A stretch of DNA of 64,000 nt, taken from the NCBI GenBank assembly GCA_022865215.1, contig JALIDP010000001.1:334-64333 (forward strand), in the 5' to 3' direction. Positions 61,707 to 64,000 of this stretch are shown piece by piece. The notes below the pieces were generated by a model that saw nothing but the letters and a program-made list of their open reading frames with translations, ran no database searches and was not told the DNA's origin. Position 1 is the stretch's first letter; each line of letters starts with the position of its first letter. Made by a program: the position numbers and the translations under genes. The stretch comes from Candidatus Nanohalarchaeota archaeon QJJ-7 (lineage in GTDB: Archaea; Nanohalarchaeota; Nanosalinia; Nanosalinales; Nanohalalkaliarchaeaceae).

Positions 61707-63269
61707 ATGCCAAACGGAAAAGCGACAGTGGAAGAGGAACACAAGGAGATCTCTGTAGCAGAGTTCTTCGAGAAGAACCGGCACCTCCTAGGCTTCAACA
61801 ACCCCCAGAAAGCTATCATAACCTGTACCAAGGAGGCGATGGACAACGCGCTGGACGCGGCGGAGCAGGACCGTATCCTTCCGGAGGTCCATGTCACCAT
61901 CGAGGAGACGGGTGACGACAAGCTGAGGTTCCAGGTGAAAGACAACGCGATCGGGCTTTCGAAGGACAAGATACCGAACGTGTTCGGGAAGCTGCTTTAC
62001 GGTTCCAAGTTCCACAAGCTCCAGCAGAACAGGGGTCAGCAGGGGATCGGTATCTCTGCAGCAGGGCTCTACGCCCAGCTGACCACGGGAAACCCTGTGA
62101 AGATCTACTCGAAGCAGATGGGTTCTGAAGACACCCACATGTTCAAGGTACGTATCGATACCCAGGAGAACGAACCCGAGATCCTGGAGGACCGTGTGGT
62201 AGACGACTACGAGTTCGATCACGGGACTTCACTCGAGATGGAGATCGAGGCGAAATATACAGGCGGGCATCACTCAGTGAAGAACTACCTGAAGCATACA
62301 GCTATCATGAACCCCTACGCCCGTATAGTTCTCAACGAGCCGGACGGGAACACTATAGAGTATCCGCGTGTCACAGATACGATGCCGGAAAGGCCTGATG
62401 AGATCCGGCCTCACCCTCACGGCGTGGAACTGGGAGTTCTTATGAGGATGATAGACGATTCGAGCGCGAGGACTATCAAGTCTTTCCTGCAGAACGAGTT
62501 CACCCGAGTGGGGAGAACTTCAGCAGAAGACATAATCGAGAAGACAGACCTGGAAGGCGGAGACCGGCCGAACACTCTGGACAAGGACGAGGTCGAAGAC
62601 CTGTTGAGTGCTATGCAGGAGACCGACCTCCAGAACCCTCCGACCGACTGCATATCTCCCCTGGGAGAAGACCTTATACAGGAGGGTATGAAGAAGGAGT
62701 TGAACCCTGAATTCGTGACCTCTGTCACCAGGAAACCCGCAGTCTATAGAGGCAACCCGTTCCAGATCGAGGCAGGTATCGCTTACGGGGGAGACATCGA
62801 AACAGAAGGTAACTACAACGTTCTAAGATACGCGAACAAGGTTCCTCTGCTATACAAGAAGAACGCATGTGCGACGACCGAGGCGATAAGGGACGTGGAC
62901 TGGAGCCGTTACGGCCTGAGCGAGTCGGGCGAGAGGCCTTCCGGCCCGGTATACATCCTGGTCCACATGGCCTCCGTTTGGGTGCCTTTCACGTCAGAGG
63001 GAAAGGAAGCTATCGCCACTTACCCCGAGATCAAGAAGGAGATGAAGCTCGCCCTCCAGGAAGCGGGGAGAGACCTGAAGCGTCACCTAAGCCAGAAGCG
63101 GAAGAAGGAGATGCGGGAGAAGAAGGCGAAGAAATTGACAGCTTACTCGAAGGAGATGGTTCCCGCGCTGACGAAGCTGACCGATGAGGACGAGGAACAC
63201 ATACGTAAAAACATAGAGGAACTTCTGGAGGACAAGTACGAGGTAGAGGTGGAATCTGATGGAACTTGA
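61707..63269 (+). CDS. top6B: DNA topoisomerase VI subunit B
   Basis: GHKL ATPase motifs KEAMDNALDA, VKDNAIGL and NRGQQGIGISAA, followed by a transducer domain. Confidence 0.95.
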   Translation: MPNGKATVEEEHKEISVAEFFEKNRHLLGFNNPQKAIITCTKEAMDNALDAAEQDRILPEVHVTIEETGDDKLRFQVKDNAIGLSKDKIPNVFGKLLYGSKFHKLQQNRGQQGIGISAAGLYAQLTTGNPVKIYSKQMGSEDTHMFKVRIDTQENEPEILEDRVVDDYEFDHGTSLEMEIEAKYTGGHHSVKNYLKHTAIMNPYARIVLNEPDGNTIEYPRVTDTMPERPDEIRPHPHGVELGVLMRMIDDSSARTIKSFLQNEFTRVGRTSAEDIIEKTDLEGGDRPNTLDKDEVEDLLSAMQETDLQNPPTDCISPLGEDLIQEGMKKELNPEFVTSVTRKPAVYRGNPFQIEAGIAYGGDIETEGNYNVLRYANKVPLLYKKNACATTEAIRDVDWSRYGLSESGERPSGPVYILVHMASVWVPFTSEGKEAIATYPEIKKEMKLALQEAGRDLKRHLSQKRKKEMREKKAKKLTAYSKEMVPALTKLTDEDEEHIRKNIEELLEDKYEVEVESDGT

Positions 63270-64000
63270 AGAAGACAAGGAGACTATCGAGAAGTTAGAA
63301 GAACTGGGCAGGATGGTCCAGAACCAGATAGAGGAGGGTGAAAACCCGCATATAGAGAAGCCGGTCCGCTCCCGTTCCAACGTGGAATACGACGAGGAGG
63401 AAGGTGTTCTGACGCTGGGAGACTCCACCTCCAAGCGGTACTTCATGAACATCGGTCACGCGAGAAAGTTCATGCAGACGATGTTGATAGCTTCGAAGAC
63501 GAAGGAGCTCATCCAGGAGGGACGCACCGCGTCTATCAGAGAGCTCTATTACCAGTTGAAGCATACCATCCCTGGACTGGACGAGAACACTTTGAGAGAT
63601 CAGGATGAGTCGGACCCTGTTATCGTAGACCTGGAGACTACCATCAATGCATTGAGAGAGCAGTTACACCTCATAACTGAGAGGAAAGGTGCGCTCTTCG
63701 GACCTATCACTATCCGGGACCAAGGGGACGAGATCAACTGTCTGGAGCTCGGTAAGTCCGGGCTAGGGATCCCTGCGATCGTGGACGACTACGAGTTCGT
63801 GGAGCATGACGCTGATTACGTTCTCGTCGTGGAGACGGGTGCGATGGTGAACAGGCTGGTGGAGGAGGACTACCACAAGGAGAACGATGCTATAATCGTC
63901 GCGACTCAGGGGCAGCCGTCGAGAGGGATCAGGAGGCTGGTGAAGCTGTTCCAGACCCGGCTTGACCTCCCGATATACGTATTCACCGACGGGGACCCGT
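63259..64000 (+). CDS. top6A: DNA topoisomerase VI subunit A (Spo11 homologue), N-terminal part; continues beyond the window
   Basis: ATG at 63259 overlaps the top6B end. Frame 1 is open to the window end. SIRELYYQLKH (catalytic Tyr region) and VLVVETGAMVNRL (Toprim start). Confidence 0.9.
   Translation, partial: MELEEDKETIEKLEELGRMVQNQIEEGENPHIEKPVRSRSNVEYDEEEGVLTLGDSTSKRYFMNIGHARKFMQTMLIASKTKELIQEGRTASIRELYYQLKHTIPGLDENTLRDQDESDPVIVDLETTINALREQLHLITERKGALFGPITIRDQGDEINCLELGKSGLGIPAIVDDYEFVEHDADYVLVVETGAMVNRLVEEDYHKENDAIIVATQGQPSRGIRRLVKLFQTRLDLPIYVFTDGDP

Noticed and set aside
1-64000. I searched by eye for CRISPR arrays, rRNA genes, transposases or integrases, and long tandem repeats.
   Set aside because: I found no regularly spaced direct repeats, no rRNA-like conserved blocks and no DDE, tyrosine or serine recombinase motifs. 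The only nucleotide repeats seen are the short tRNA-end duplications and the imperfect island-border repeat.

Overview
The window is archaeal chromosome. It carries TBP, MCM, topoisomerase VI A and B, aIF1A, aIF2-beta, GatD/GatE, Hef, archaeal Pth2, NMD3, Rio1 and an SRP RNA. GC is mid-range, genes are densely packed, and many genes sit about 27 nt after a TTTAAAAG-type TATA box, which suggests leaderless mRNAs. Nearly every protein is very rich in Asp and Glu. Together with the small-genome style, this suggests a halophilic, possibly DPANN/Nanohaloarchaeota-like organism; that assignment is inference only.

Main content:
- Housekeeping genes: cysS with an adjacent intron-containing tRNA-Cys, SRP RNA, uppS, ndk, pth2, truD, gatDE, and the run tbp-mcm-OB protein-tfs, then aIF2b-DUF424-NMD3-aIF1A-Rio1-KH-top6BA.
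- Two separate type IV pilus-like loci. One (16.5-26.7 kb) is Epd/Tad-like: a prepilin peptidase, an ATPase, two split TadB/C-like membrane proteins and six class-III-signal pilin-like genes, two of them very large. The other (38.5-46.3 kb) has an ATPase, two KaiC/ArlH-like ATPases, split membrane proteins and a Pilin_N-type pilin.
- Two HerA/FtsK-superfamily ATPases. One is flanked by small membrane proteins and lies next to Hjc-like, Hef and DUF460 genes.
- A cysteine-free archaeosortase-like protein.
- A surface-glycan cluster: a GT-C enzyme, a processive GT2 synthase and a membrane thioredoxin-like protein.
- Two visibly lower-GC segments. One (1-1108) abuts a truncated vapC. The other is a roughly 4.3 kb island (53.7-58.0 kb) encoding two P-loop kinases, a Nudix hydrolase, a radical-SAM-like protein with CX8CX2C spacing and a PRTase-like protein.

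The two tRNA genes are unusual. tRNA-Val(UAC) appears to have two introns plus a 24-nt duplicated 3' end. tRNA-Cys(GCA) has an 84-nt intron plus a 15-nt duplicated 5' end. No CRISPR array, rRNA gene or recognisable transposase was seen.
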